From Chrysemys picta bellii (taxonomy: Eukaryota): a stretch of 64,000 nt of DNA. The translations under genes were made by a program, and so were the position numbers. Of the stretch, positions 50,291-62,780 are shown piece after piece. Under the pieces are notes generated by a model that was not told the origin of the DNA, did no database searches, and saw nothing but the letters and a program-made list of their open reading frames with translations. Each line of letters starts with the position of its first letter. Position 1 is the first letter of the stretch. Location of the stretch: assembly GCF_011386835.1 (NCBI RefSeq), contig NC_088792.1, positions 68,076,001-68,140,000 on the forward strand, written 5' to 3'.

Positions 50291-50361
50291 AGGCTTAAAG
50301 TTTTTGAAGGGATTTTTGACAGAAGTTAAGAATGGAGAAAAGAATATTCAAACAGCTCTGA
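50291..50361 (+). CDS. PLEKHA8: PLEKHA8 exon 12
   Basis: ttcctggcag|A. (R)GLKFLKGFLTEVKNGEKNIQTAL(N). Donor A|GTAAGT. 71 nt. Confidence 0.96.
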
Positions 50362-51505
50362 GTAAGTGCCAATTGCTTTATTGTTCTTACTTTTTTGTTT
50401 ATATAATTGAGCTTTTTCTCCATTATTTAGGTCTGGGTGTTCTTCTGTTATTAATATTAAAATTAGTGTTCCCTGTAGCTCACCTTCAAGAAATACCTTC
50501 TCTGAAAACTGGAATCTTGAGCCAAATACCCTATTTACAGATAACTATGTACGAGGCGAGTCTTTATTTGATGGGATTCCCCCTCTCCCCCCACTGTATG
50601 TTTACATGTAGTTAAAATGGGGGAGGGGGAAACAACCCCAAATGTATCTTAAAGCAAGTTAAAACTTGGTAAGAAACTTTATGCTTATATAGGGCTTTCC
50701 TTTACTGAGCCTCTTGGCATCCCTGTGAGGTAGGCACAGTAACTGCTGTATCTGTTGTTTACATGGGAAAGCCCAGTGCTTAAGATGTTAAACAGCTGGC
50801 TGTGGGAGCTGCTGAAAGTGCACAGAGCTGAAATGACAGTACTAGGCACCTAGTGTTTGCTCAGCCCCTGTGCAGAGGGTCTTCCCCATAGTATGGTGCA
50901 GTTGGCACACTGTTCAGCAGCTTGCACTGAACGGAGTACTAGAGAGGAGGAGAACTGTGGGGGTGAGGCATGGGCAGAGCTAGGGCTAATCAGATAACAA
51001 AAATTGTACTTGCAAATAAATTGGTCTCCATTGACAGAGGATTTATTGGGTAACTTTTATTTGCGAAATTCTATTTGCCCATCTGTAGAAATGGTCGGAT
51101 AATGAAGAAACGTACCGGTGAATAACTTTCTTCATTTGCAGAAAATTGTTAAAGCACTTTTCATGAAATAATGTCCAGCAAGTAATCCGAGCAGCTGTAT
51201 CCAGGGTGGAGTATTCTCCCATGCCCTCCAGTGAGTGCAGAGAATGTGGGGGGCAGCCAGTATTAGGCCTTTTGGTTACTGCTACTGCCAGCCACAGGAA
51301 TAGTGGCTAACTCGCCTGGGCTTACGAGCTCCCCTTGGACGAAATTGAGAGCAGGGGCAGATCTGAGCACTGGCTGTTTACACTGAACACTCCACTGCTG
51401 TGTGGAGTTGTAAGAAAAAATCCTCTCACAGCTGGGTGGAAATGAGCTGGAAGAAAATTTAAAAATACAGTTGGGAACTTATTTTTCCTTTTTCTTTCTT
51501 TTAAG

Positions 51506-51567
51506 ACAACGCTTACGGCAAGACATTACGGCAGCATCATGGCTGGGTTGTGCGAGGGGTTTTTGCG
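51506..51567 (+). CDS. PLEKHA8: PLEKHA8 exon 13
   Basis: ttcttttaag|AC. (N)NAYGKTLRQHHGWVVRGVFA, containing the GLTP HHGW motif. Donor GCG|GTAAGT. 62 nt. Confidence 0.96.
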
Positions 51568-52508
51568 GTAAGTGGCTAACATCTTAATTGCTGACTCAGC
51601 TAGTCGGAATCTTGGCTGCATTCACCTGTACAGTCTTATGCTATGGTGGATACCTGATACAATGTACTGAAATGTAAGTACCGAAAGAATTAACGAGATG
51701 TTCCGTTTGTCAGATCTCTGCCTCAGAGGCAAGGGTTAGGGCTATCATTTCATGTTTAATGTTTGATTTTTACAGAGAAATCTATTTTTCTTTTAGTTAA
51801 GAATTTTTGTCTATTTTAGATTTAGTCTGGAAATGTCTCTTGCCACACATCATATAGGGTCTTTTCTAGGAAAATAAAAATAAAGTCAGAATATTTTAGA
51901 GTGCGTCATTAACGATATCTTTTCCTAATATTTTTAAATGAATTTCTGGAAGTGGGTTCTGTTTCCTCAAGATGTTCTTACCTCCAGTGCATGAAACATT
52001 AGAGTAGAGTTGGAGGGAAGACTGAAACTTAATACTTGTGAAAACAAGACCCACTTTACTCAAATAGAGTATCCAAAGAAACAGGTTGTCCTACCGCCAA
52101 GCTAGCAGCGCCCCCTGGTGTGTGTTGTTATAAATTGTATTGGCGAGACTATGTAAAGTCCCACCCAGGTGTAAATACAATGCTTTTCATGATTGAAGGA
52201 GAAGCAGCAAGATTTGGGGTAAAATTATTTTAAAAAAAAGTATGGGACTTAGACTTCCAAGTTTCTGAGTTCTTGAAAATTAGACATAGGCTCCTTTTGA
52301 AAATGTACCCGTATTGGTTATTTTAATGTTTTTAAAGTCTAAATAAAAATAATAATAAAAAATCACCACTTGTAGTCACAAAATATGCTGTATAGGCACT
52401 TTCTAAAAATCAGGCCTCTGTAAAGTGTCTCATAATGGGGCTGCAAAAGTTGAAGCATCAAAAGTCACTTTCCAAGTTTGAGATTTTAAACTTCTATTCC
52501 TCTCCCAG

Positions 52509-52706
52509 TTAGCTTTAAGGGCAGCACCAACATATGAAGACTTTGTGGCAGCACTGTCTGTGAAGAAGTGTGATGATCAGGAAGAAGCTTTTTATAATGC
52601 AATGCAGAGAGACCTCAACATTTACTTGCCAGCCATGGAAAACCAGCTGAATATCTTGGACATTCTCTATGAAGTACATGGTTTGGAGTCGGATGAGGTG
52701 GTATAA
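52509..52706 (+). CDS. PLEKHA8: PLEKHA8 exon 14 (final coding exon)
   Basis: tctcccag|T. LALRAAPTYEDFVAALSVKKCDDQEEAFYNAMQRDLNIYLPAMENQLNILDILYEVHGLESDEVV*. Joined CDS 1572 nt = 523 aa + stop. Confidence 0.97.
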   Translation, partial: LALRAAPTYEDFVAALSVKKCDDQEEAFYNAMQRDLNIYLPAMENQLNILDILYEVHGLESDEVV

Positions 52707-55700
52707 TCACAGTGACACAGTACCTCAAAACTTCAGGCACTGCATTTGTTAACGAGCTTTTCTGAATGCCGTTTCTCTTCATTGTATCTTTTCTTAGCAT
52801 GGAAGGTGGAGGAATCGGTGTGCTTGTGTATTTTTAATCCTTGTTTATGTTTAAATGAAGAGGTGCTGTTTCTTTGAAGGCCGCAACTGTTTGCATGGTG
52901 AATACCTTTGGGCTAAATAATTCTTTTTTTTACATGAATATAACAGAGCAGAATTAGGCCTTGCTCCAGTGCATACTACTGGCACCACACGTGTGGAGGG
53001 GCAGCTTTGATGGGAGCACAGATGCTGTGCTGATGTCGTCATTTTGCCCTCACCCTGTTCTGTGCCTGTCCAAGTTGTGATGCTAGTCTCCATTTCACTG
53101 GTCTTCTCTCCATCTGGGCAGCTCTAGCCCAGCCCCTCTGCTAGTGAGAGCTGTGCTGCACTGATAGCAGAAGAGGGGGCAGTAGAACTCTCTACCTTAT
53201 TAACTGAGTGGTTAGTCTGGTCCCATCTTGAGGTAAATTTGGGTTGCATCCTTGTGTTTTATACTGGTGACTTGATTTTACTCGCAGCCCTGTTTTAAAA
53301 AAATGTAAAGGCTGTTACTGCAAGTGTTGTCTTGATGGCCAGGGTCCCTGGGCCTCCCCTAAGAGTCAGCCCGTCACACTAGGCATGCTCTCCCTGTGCT
53401 TTCCTAGGTACTCTCCACCTCCTCACAGGTCCATGAAAACAGGATTGTCTCTTCCAGTGCTACTAGGCACCTGCTCCTGGAGCTGTTCTACCAAGAAGCT
53501 CCTCCTGCCTCATCCTGTGAGGGAATGTGTGTGTGTTTGTGTGCAAGAGAGAGAGACAGAAAAATAATCCTTAAATTCACTGTGACACCAGCCTTGTTGC
53601 TAAGGTCCCAGCAGGGGGAGGCCTCTACATGGCAGAGGGAGAGAAGGTTGTCAAGATGCATCACCTTGATCTTGGTACTAGTATCTTAAGTGCTTCCTTT
53701 GCCCTTGTGTGGTTAACAAGGCTTTAGTGCTAAGTGCTGGAGCCATTGGGCCAGATCCTCAACTGATGTAAATTGGCAAAGCCCCATTGGTTCCACTGGA
53801 GCTGCGCCCATCTACAGTAGCTGAAGATCGGTCCTGTTGTATTTACCCTGGTAATAGAATAAACTTTTCAAAAGCACCTAAGTATCACTGAAAGTCAATG
53901 GGACATAGACTCGTAAGTGTCTAAGTCACATAGGTGCTTTTGAAAAGTTTGCCTATAGCCTTCTTTTTAAAGGGCCTATTCAAAATCAAATCCCATAACT
54001 GCTGCTGGGTATTTGTGTGGTTTAAACACAACCAGCAATCTAACAAGTTATATAAAAATGCTTCTAGATTAGCATTTGGAGGAGGTGTGGGTGTTGGTTT
54101 TGTTTTTTGCTAATGGGGGTTACAAAAGGCTGGGTTTGAAATGAGTCAGTCCTAGGGGGGGAATATAGTTCTTCATAAAACCATCACACATTAGTGCAGT
54201 TCTAAGTATATAATCCAAAAGTGTCTAGGTTTGACAGCGAATTAAGGATAATGGGGATTTTTGCCATGCTTTCCTCCCACTGACACGAGTAAAAGTCCAC
54301 TGGTACTGTTGGAGTCAAGAATGAATAGCTTTCCCTGTAGTTAGTCAGATGATTAAAAAGTGAAATTTGACCTCGTATAGAGGGCCAGCACAAGGTATTT
54401 GGACTATTTAGTCCCACTTCAGGGTTTAAGTAGATCTTTAGTGCATAGGACTTTTGCTGGTATTCTGCATGGGGTGAATTTCACATTGTACATTGGAGAG
54501 AAGGGAGGAACACTTCAGAATGAAGGCCTTGGGAAAGTGGTGAGCCATTATAAATAGAGGAGAAAACAACTCTTCAGAGACATTTTGAAATTTTTGTTGC
54601 CATCTCGCAGGAGAAATGCTTTTGCTTAGATCCAGCAAATCAAGGATACCAAGAGGATTCTAGTGATGTGCAATGCACCCTGTGCCTGGATGCCTATAGA
54701 ACAGGTTGTTTAAGCATAATTCCATGGTTGAAGCACAGCTATATTCTTAGCACTCAAACCGTTCTATCCAGAGGACACTAAAAATTTTGAAGAAAGCACA
54801 AAACAGCTATAGGAAAAGACCAAAAACTTTAAATTTGGTGCCTGAGGGAGACACCAAAAGCAATAGATAAATAGTAATTGGTTTGATGTTTTTTTTTTTT
54901 TTCAGAGCTGTGGGTGCTGAGCCCTTTTGAAAATTGAGGCATTTTCTATTCATGCTTACATATAGAATTGAATATTTTTTGGCCAGAGTTTGCTTCAGTT
55001 ATTCCACTACCTGCAGTACTAAGAATGAAGCCAGGTACCCTTGGAATTTACACATGTAATTCTCTTTAGCATAATGCTGAGTAATCCACACAAATGTCAG
55101 TAGAACAACTCCAGATCCTGTCCCCCAGTGAGTGGTTTCTTCAGGGTTACAGCTAAGGTTCTTCTCTGAGGTGATGTGGGGAAGTTGGCTTCATAGCTCT
55201 CCTCAGGATGCTCTGGGAAGATAGTGATTGCACAAGTAGCGACTACATTTTCACACACACAGTGGAGGAAAGGACTGAGAGATCCTCTTATAAAGTAAAT
55301 TTTAAAAGAAACATTGTGAAGTTAGAATGAATAAAAAGTGGAATTTTCTTTTGCTCCAAGCTTCTCTCATAGTGGGAGACAGTTCCCAGCATTCACATTT
55401 TTACCAGTGAGAAAATCCAAACTCACTGGTGCAAAGAGGGGAAGATCTTAATTTCTAAAGTAGAACACCGTTAGCGACCTCATTTGAATTTTTTAACTTC
55501 AGAACTGGCATTTTCCACCAATCTTACTGCTTCTGATAGACCAATTACTGGCTTTGCATAGGTGGGGCACACTCCTCTTCAGACGAGTTTCCTCGTCTCC
55601 ATTGTTCCTTGCAGAACTGGCGCTTTTACTTGCAATTGGCTGGTCAGGGGCTTTCCAAGGAAACAGTGACAAAACTGAAAAACTATTCAATGTACCAGAT

Positions 55701-57772
55701 TGCCAGCCGTGGCCCAATATGTAGTCACTTATTCTTTATAATTACTAAATCAAAGGAATCTTATTCTCTATTTTTCTGACTAACACCACTGATAATTTTA
55801 AAGTTCAAAGACAAAAACATGTTGTTGTTGTTTTTCCCAGAGTGGGTTGACACTTTTTAGTTTTAAAAGAATTTGTGTTTGCCTCACAGCTAAGCAACAA
55901 GCATGCATCTTGGAACTGATCTGACAGCTACAAGATTAAAATGTGGTTTTACTCCCACATGCTGATACTGTTATAGCCCTGTTTTGCATACCTTACATGA
56001 GCGGCATTGATTTGTTAACCTTTATCAGTATGAAGTTTTACATCTGTTTCCTTTAGAAATGCTTTCAGCTATTTCCTTTGTTTGACAGTTGCATACTCTC
56101 AGGGATTCTACATAGCCATGGCAAAAATATAGTAGGCTTACCATACAAGGCTGCTTTTTGTGTGAAGTTGGTATAGTTCAGTTCAGAACTCCAGCAAAAA
56201 GTATGACACTAGCACAGACTATCCAATGCACATGTTTGCTAAAACGTGATACATCCCAAAGCAATCTGATACTAATACTATAGAGAACAATAGCTGTCAG
56301 CATATTTTAATAAAGGTCATATCTCTTTGTAATACTGTGTCACTGACATTAGAGCAGAGCTCCCCAATAATTCAAATAGAGAGTTCTGCTTAGAAGTGGA
56401 TGAGCTTTTATTTGATTTGATTTTGCTATTTTTAAAACAAACGTACTCTAGCATCCTTTTCAATACTTTAACACACCATAATCAACAGTTGCCCGTGCCT
56501 GCACCCTAGCATCAAGGCACCAGGGGTATTTTCTGGTGAACTATTAATACTCAAGTGTTTAGAGATATAGATTAATGGATCACTGAAACATACCCAGGCA
56601 TCTCATCTTGATGTTATAGTATGGCCCTTAACTTTTAAAAGCAAAATTTTTTAAATTTGAAGTTAATTTTAAACAAGTGTTTGGTATTTTAAGGGCCATA
56701 TGCTTTCACTCTTAGTAAAAGTAATTTATAGTAAATCAATAGTTTGGGCTAAAGTACAGTCACTGTTTACATTACATTGCACATATTTCATGGTTTAAGA
56801 ATTGTCAAACTTTTTTTTGTAGTTGCGAGATTTTATGTATTTAAATATGCTGCGGTATTCTCCAGAACGGGTCTAACGCTGTAGCTTATGCCTACGTCGA
56901 TACTGCACTTCCCGGGTGTGTGGCCATTATAGAATACTTTTTTTTAAAATAAGGGTTCCGCTCATTCAGTGGACTTCCTCCCCTCACTTGTGCTCCGAAC
57001 TTCTGTTTGGTTTTTGCAACAGGTGGTTAAAAGAACCCTGGGTTCCCTTGAGGCACTGTTATGAGCAATAGCCAAGCCCTTGCAGGGCTAAAAACTCCCA
57101 TTCACCCGACCTCTCCATCTCATGCCTGCTTTGCAGCCAGCTATGCTGCTTTCAGGCTACAGTGTCTCCTGTGCAAAGCTAAAATGGGGAGTTTGAAACA
57201 GCCACAGTGCCAGTGTATTAAAGTGATTAAAAACAGAGACTTTGAAGACGGGTCCAAGCTCAGAGCTGAACAGCCAAGCGAAAGGGGGCTCGTGAAGAAT
57301 GTGCTGCCCTTCTTTGAAGTGTCTCTCCCTGGTACTGCAGTGCTTTGCTAATCACATTAAAACTCTGGGAAGTTTTAATTTGACCTTTGAAATCTAAATC
57401 AAGACACTTTAGTAGTGACAGTTTCTAGTTCTTATTGGTGAAAGCACAGTTTCAAAGATGGACTCATTTCTCTCTGCTTGCCTGCAAAGTGCTGATAAGA
57501 AGGCAAGGTGAGAGAGAAGGGACAGCTGAATCCAGGGCCCCACTACCCTGAAAAAACTAAAGGCTTTAGGCTTCCACGTGGTCTCCAAGTGTATAAAAAT
57601 CATTTGTGTAGCAGGGTAGCATTGTGGGAGGGGACGGATTCCTAGCACACAAGTGAGACTATCCCATGATAAGTCTGGAAGTACCCATGGTTCATGTGGG
57701 GGTTTAAACAGTGCTCTGAAATCAAAATGGCCAAACTAATGAACTTGAAAACTTGGACCTCATGGTCTAGAG

Positions 57773-58129
57773 CAGTGGTCCCCAAACTGTGGGGTGCACC
57801 GCCCTAGGTGGGTGTGGAGGAACATTTGGAGGGGATGCAGCGGGGCCCAGGCCAGCCCCCACTGGGGGTGGGATGGGAGCACCACCCAGCACTGCTCGGC
57901 TCCCTGCCATGGCTCCCAGCCCCAGCTGCAGCTCCTGGCCCCAGCCATGGCTCTGTTCGTGACTCTGCTCCCGGCTGTGGCTCCAGCCCCTGGTTCCCAG
58001 CCCTGCCATGGCTCCGGCCTCAGCCCCAACCGTGGCCACGCTCCGCTCCTGGCTCCCAACCTTGTCTAGGGGAGGTGGGGGGCACCGTTAGAGGGGGAGG
58101 TCACGAGGTAGAAAGTTTGAGGCCCATTG
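57773..58129. mobile_element. hAT (Charlie-like) MITE
   Basis: TIRs CAGTGGTCCCCAAACT / AGTTTGAGGCCCATTG and exact TSD GTCTAGAG. Confidence 0.88.
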
Positions 58130-58671
58130 GTCTAGAGTTTAATTTTGCCCCTGATTTAGGAAGGTCTTCCTGTTCAGGACTGCACTTAAGCATGTGTTTA
58201 ACTTTAAGCACACATCTAAGGACTGTCCTGAACATGGATGGACTAAAGCAGATGCTTAAGAGTTTTCCTGAATTAGGGTCTAAAACCGATGTGTGTGTAT
58301 GTATATGTGTGCACACTTGTGCAGATGCCTGATTTAAGCACACAAATCCCCATTGCATTAGACTGCATACTTGCTTAAGATGTGGATGTTAGCTTTTTTA
58401 AATATACTTATCTTATTCTATAACTAGAGAGACACCCCAGGAGTGCCAAAGGCTTATTTCATATATTAATTTTCCCTGTTTCAATATCCTGACTAGGTTT
58501 TAGCACTAAGCTTGTTTTATCCTAATTTATGTCTTAACATTCAGGGGCCCATATTTGCTCTTTGACCCCTTTAAACAAAAATCTCAACAATTTGAGGTTC
58601 CTGTGTATTGTTGTGTTTTATCATGTCTCCATGTAGTTATACTCAATTAAAGCAAGGAAATCACACTCCAG

Positions 58672-58677
58672 AATAAA
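58672..58677 (+). other. Candidate distal PLEKHA8 polyadenylation signal (AATAAA)
   Basis: AATAAA preceded by ATTAAA (58646) and followed by GU-rich gtgttttggttgtgcatttt. Alternative AATAAA at 53858 and 56309. Confidence 0.35.
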
Positions 58678-59599
58678 ATAACAAAACTGAAAAGTGAAGT
58701 GTTTTGGTTGTGCATTTTCCTTTCCCAGCTCCTTAATTTTTCCAGGGACATGTTGGACATCAATTTTATGAACATTAAATTAGGCTTATAGTGAGCATTG
58801 CTTAGATGTGTACTATTTAAGAAGAGAGAAGGTACATGGCCTTTTATTTTAATTTTACTTTGTCTTGACTGATGAACAAATCCCTCTGTGGTGTTAACAC
58901 ATTGATACTAGACCAAATGAAAGCAGGTCTGGCATCAACCTGCTTTTAATCTATGCTGATTCTCTCAACAGAATTATATTCCATACTTTAGATTTAGTTT
59001 GGTTGTTTTTTGTTTTTGAGAAATGTTTGAAGACCTCTGTCAGATTTTTATATTTAGTGATAATAAACTTATTTTTAAATATGCCTATTTTAAAATCTCA
59101 TTTTCTCTGCATGGTTTCCTAAGAAGCTTTGTTTATAATTTTTATTTATTACGTGTAAATACAGTGGGGCTTACGCTCCAGTCAAGACTGGAGCTCCATT
59201 ATTCTAGGCACTGTAATCGGTTCTGGTTAGTGGAAACAGCCTCTATCTTTTTTTTATGAGAATGTTCATGCCAATGGAAACAGTTGGATTATAATAAAAA
59301 ATGATTACTAAGAGCTGAATCCAGCAAATATTTGTGGCTTCCTGGGCCAGACAAGCTCCTGAAGCCCATAGATATGATCCGTTCCCAAAACATTACCCAC
59401 TGTCTGCTGAGGTCATAAAACTGAGAGGAGTTTCTCTGGCTCTAGAGCTGAAGGAATTTCTGTGCATCATTCCTAGATAAAGATGAAGGCAAGTGTTGCC
59501 TGATTGTTAATTCGGGATCCTTTAGTGTTTCCACTTTAATATGCCATGGTTTGGCAGGGTTCTGCTGCCTCCAGTTTGGCCAAAGAATTCTTGTTAGAA

Positions 59600-60060
59600 T
59601 GAGGACCCCGTGTAAATGCGAGAGACACTCACACTTAGTGAAGACCTTGTGAATCTGATATTTTCACTAGTACAACCAGAAATATCAGAAACCCTGCAAC
59701 ATAGCAAAGTAGACAGAGATAATACAAAAAGTTCATCATTTGCATGCTCACACTATCCTTTGTGGGAAACTGAAGTAGGTAACATAGATGATCGGCAAGT
59801 GATCGTCACTGCGGCATACCCAGAAAGATCCCAAATGCTTAGGCCTAGGTTGGCCCTTTTATTACAAGTCGCATGGTCGCCATACATATTCATAATGGTG
59901 CTAAACCCCCTATCACTATCAACACTTCCTCATCCTAACAATGTTGGGGTGTCCTCTTACAGATTACCTACTATTTTACCTCAACTAAATTAGCATATAC
60001 ATTACCTGGTTACCATAGCATTCTTGCAGTTGACCATCTGCTGATGTTCCTATCTTAAAA
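59600..60060 (+). mobile_element. Possible highly decayed L1/Tx1-like RT fragment
   Basis: QVAWSPYIFIMVLNPL resembles QGCPLSPLLFILVLEPL, followed by an FADD-like LAVD. Weak. Confidence 0.25.
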
Positions 60061-61789
60061 TATCCAAAATTAGCATAAACTGGTGTTTTGTGATCACCTG
60101 CCAGCAGTTTAGCTGTACTTGTTTTTACAGCACTCTATCTTGTGACATCTTATGATATAGGGTCACTTAGTAGTTAGTTGCTTATGTCAAGTCTTTGGGT
60201 TTTAGGCATCAGTTTGGCTAAGCTATTGTCTTACAGGCTTGAAGCCTGTAGGCTTTTGCGTTACTGCCTTAATCCATAGCTATATCTTACCTAGGATATA
60301 CCTACATATCAATAACAAAATAGCTGGCTTGTCCCTTTAAAAATGTTAGGGGAAAGTGGAGAGAACTTCACTTCTTCCTTGTCTCTTCCCTATGTGACCA
60401 TGGGAGAGGAATGCAAGTGGTGGGGTCTCTTCTGCCCAGATCAGGACGGGAGGCATTCCCTGACCCCTTTTTTGTGAGTTGAAGGACAATGGAAACCATT
60501 GACTCAGCAAGCCAACTTGTCCTCCATGGCAGAATTTAGGAGTGGAGATCTCTGAAATATGTCCTTGGCTCAGAGGCATTTCTTCAGCTGGAGGGGTTTG
60601 GGAGAAGGGGGGAGAGAGACAGAAACACATGCCAGAAGAAACTGGTGAGTGCAGAGGTGACTGCTGCATTCTGGAGTACATACAGGCCCAGCCCTCATAC
60701 ACAGCCACATCTGAATGAGGGAGGAGAGAATTACACACTCTGAACCAAGCAGCAGTCTCACGTGCACAGCCAAAGGCTCCCAAAGCTTTGGTGAGCCAAC
60801 AACCCACAGAGGCTGCTTCCTAATGAAGTGGGGGTCCTACAATAATTAGAGGCTTAGTCCTGCAGTATTGTGGATGAGGCTTCAGAGCGGTGCTGTGCCA
60901 CCATTACAGCTGAGCATGGTGCCTTGTTACTTGTGGCAAAGTGAAGGCCCAGGTGCTGCATGCTGATGGGCCAAAAAGAGTATTGTACCCAGCCTGAACC
61001 ATGAGGCACTGAGCAGCTGGCTGTGACTGATGGGTTCAGGGGAGCTGCCAGAAATGTTTCTGTGTTTGGGGCTGGCCTTCCATGACCACTTTTGCCATCT
61101 CTCCAAAGGTTAGCTCTCCCACACACTCAGGTAAGGCAGTGCTTCAGGATGGCAGACGAAGGGGCTTGCAATCACAAAATCAACTGCTATGCCATCATTT
61201 CAGTATCATGTGCATGCAAACTACTGTGTCCTGACCATAACCTGTCTCCCAGCCCATCCCCTGCACTCCTACTTCCTCCCACCCACCCCCTTCTTACCAG
61301 TGCTCACCCCATGTGGGTTAAAGGAATGCTTGCATGGCAGATTTCTTCACAGTAGAGGCCCCTCCCTCCTTTTAGTGGGATGGGTGGGAAAAGGTTCTAT
61401 TGAGTTCACAAGCTCTCAGCAGCCTACAGGACCAAGTGGATTCTGTATACTTCATAATCCAAAAAGCTGGCAAATAAAGTTCTAGCATCTACTGTGAAAA
61501 CGTCCAGTGATGGAGTGGTGGGTTGTCCTATTGTATTAACCATGCTGTCACTTGTTACAGTAAATCAGATACATTTTAAGAAATGGTGGGGTTTTTGCCC
61601 CAGATAATGCACATTATTTGTATCTTAACTTTTCAAACTGTTTTGAAAACCAAGGTGATAGGTCCTGTCTTTATTAGTGTTTCTGACTGACCACAGAACA
61701 CTGTACATGTTGTTTTTACACAGGTGAAGTTGTTTCCAGCAGTGTATGCTGAACAATACCCGGGGAGTGTGCGTGGGCCTCCATCTCTG

Positions 61790-62780
61790 TTAGGCTAGAT
61801 TCACAAAAGGATTTAGGCTCCAAACTGCTGCTTTAGGCACCTACGTCCAACGTTTAGGTTCCACTGCCGTTCAGCTGCCTCCTAACACTGGAGGCACCTA
61901 AGTTTCTGCTGGTGAGCACACACAAATCCCCTAAATCCTAACTTTATCCCTGAGAACAGCGGGGATATCAAATTAGGTAGCTCTCCTTCTTCCCCCACAC
62001 CTACCCCTGCAGCGTGCTCAGAGCATGTGTAATCTGCACAAAAGGCAGCTGGCTGTGGGCCACCTTATAGCCAATAGCCCAGTGGTTAGAGCACTAGCTG
62101 GGCAGTGGGAGACCAGGTTTGAATACCCATTCTGCCTGATTAGGGTCAGGGACAGGTCTCCCACTTTTTAGCTGAATGTGTCCTACCAGCAGCCTCTTGG
62201 CTACTCTGGGGTAGGCCTCTCTCAATCTTGCCTCTTGAAAGGGTTCCACTGTGTTTGTACATACTCCTTGGAGCAGAGACTTGACCCTGACTTTTCCATA
62301 TCTCTGGTGACTGCCCTACCCACTGCGGTGCGGCGTCAATCTCTTGCTTACTTTTTCCCCCTCTCTTGCTGGCCCAATGAATATGTAATTATTTATACAA
62401 AGTGGAACAGCATCAATGGGAGAGATAGCAAGAGACCCACCCCAGAATTCCACCTATTCTGGTGGCCAGGGCACTCACAGGGAATGTGGGAGACTTGGAT
62501 CCATGTCTGTGCCCCAAGTCAGACAGAGCAGTGACTTGAAAGTGGGTCACCTAGCTGTAACTGAGTGACCATGCCATTGGCTAAGGTGGGGTGGGGTGTG
62601 CCTCAGTCTCTCCCTGGCTCTTTTTTGGTGAGAAAGGACTGGCCTGTTTTAGGCACTTAGCATTAAGAGAGGGTGTAAGATAGGCACCTCCTTCCAGCCT
62701 GTCAGTCAGGTGCCCAAGCCCCTCCCCTCTGCATGAGATAGTAGCTGAATTTGTGTTTGTGGATGAGATTACCCAAAGAT
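61790..62780. mobile_element. Ancient composite repeat with taggcaccta motifs and tRNA-like modules
   Basis: Repeated ttaggcacc/ggtgcc motifs. Pol III A/B-box-like modules at 62075-62127 (+), ~62271-62326 (-) and ~62527-62584 (-). Confidence 0.45.

Noticed and set aside
58868-58925. CTGATGA...GAAA hammerhead-like spacing
   Set aside because: No stem II or stem I pairing could be formed.
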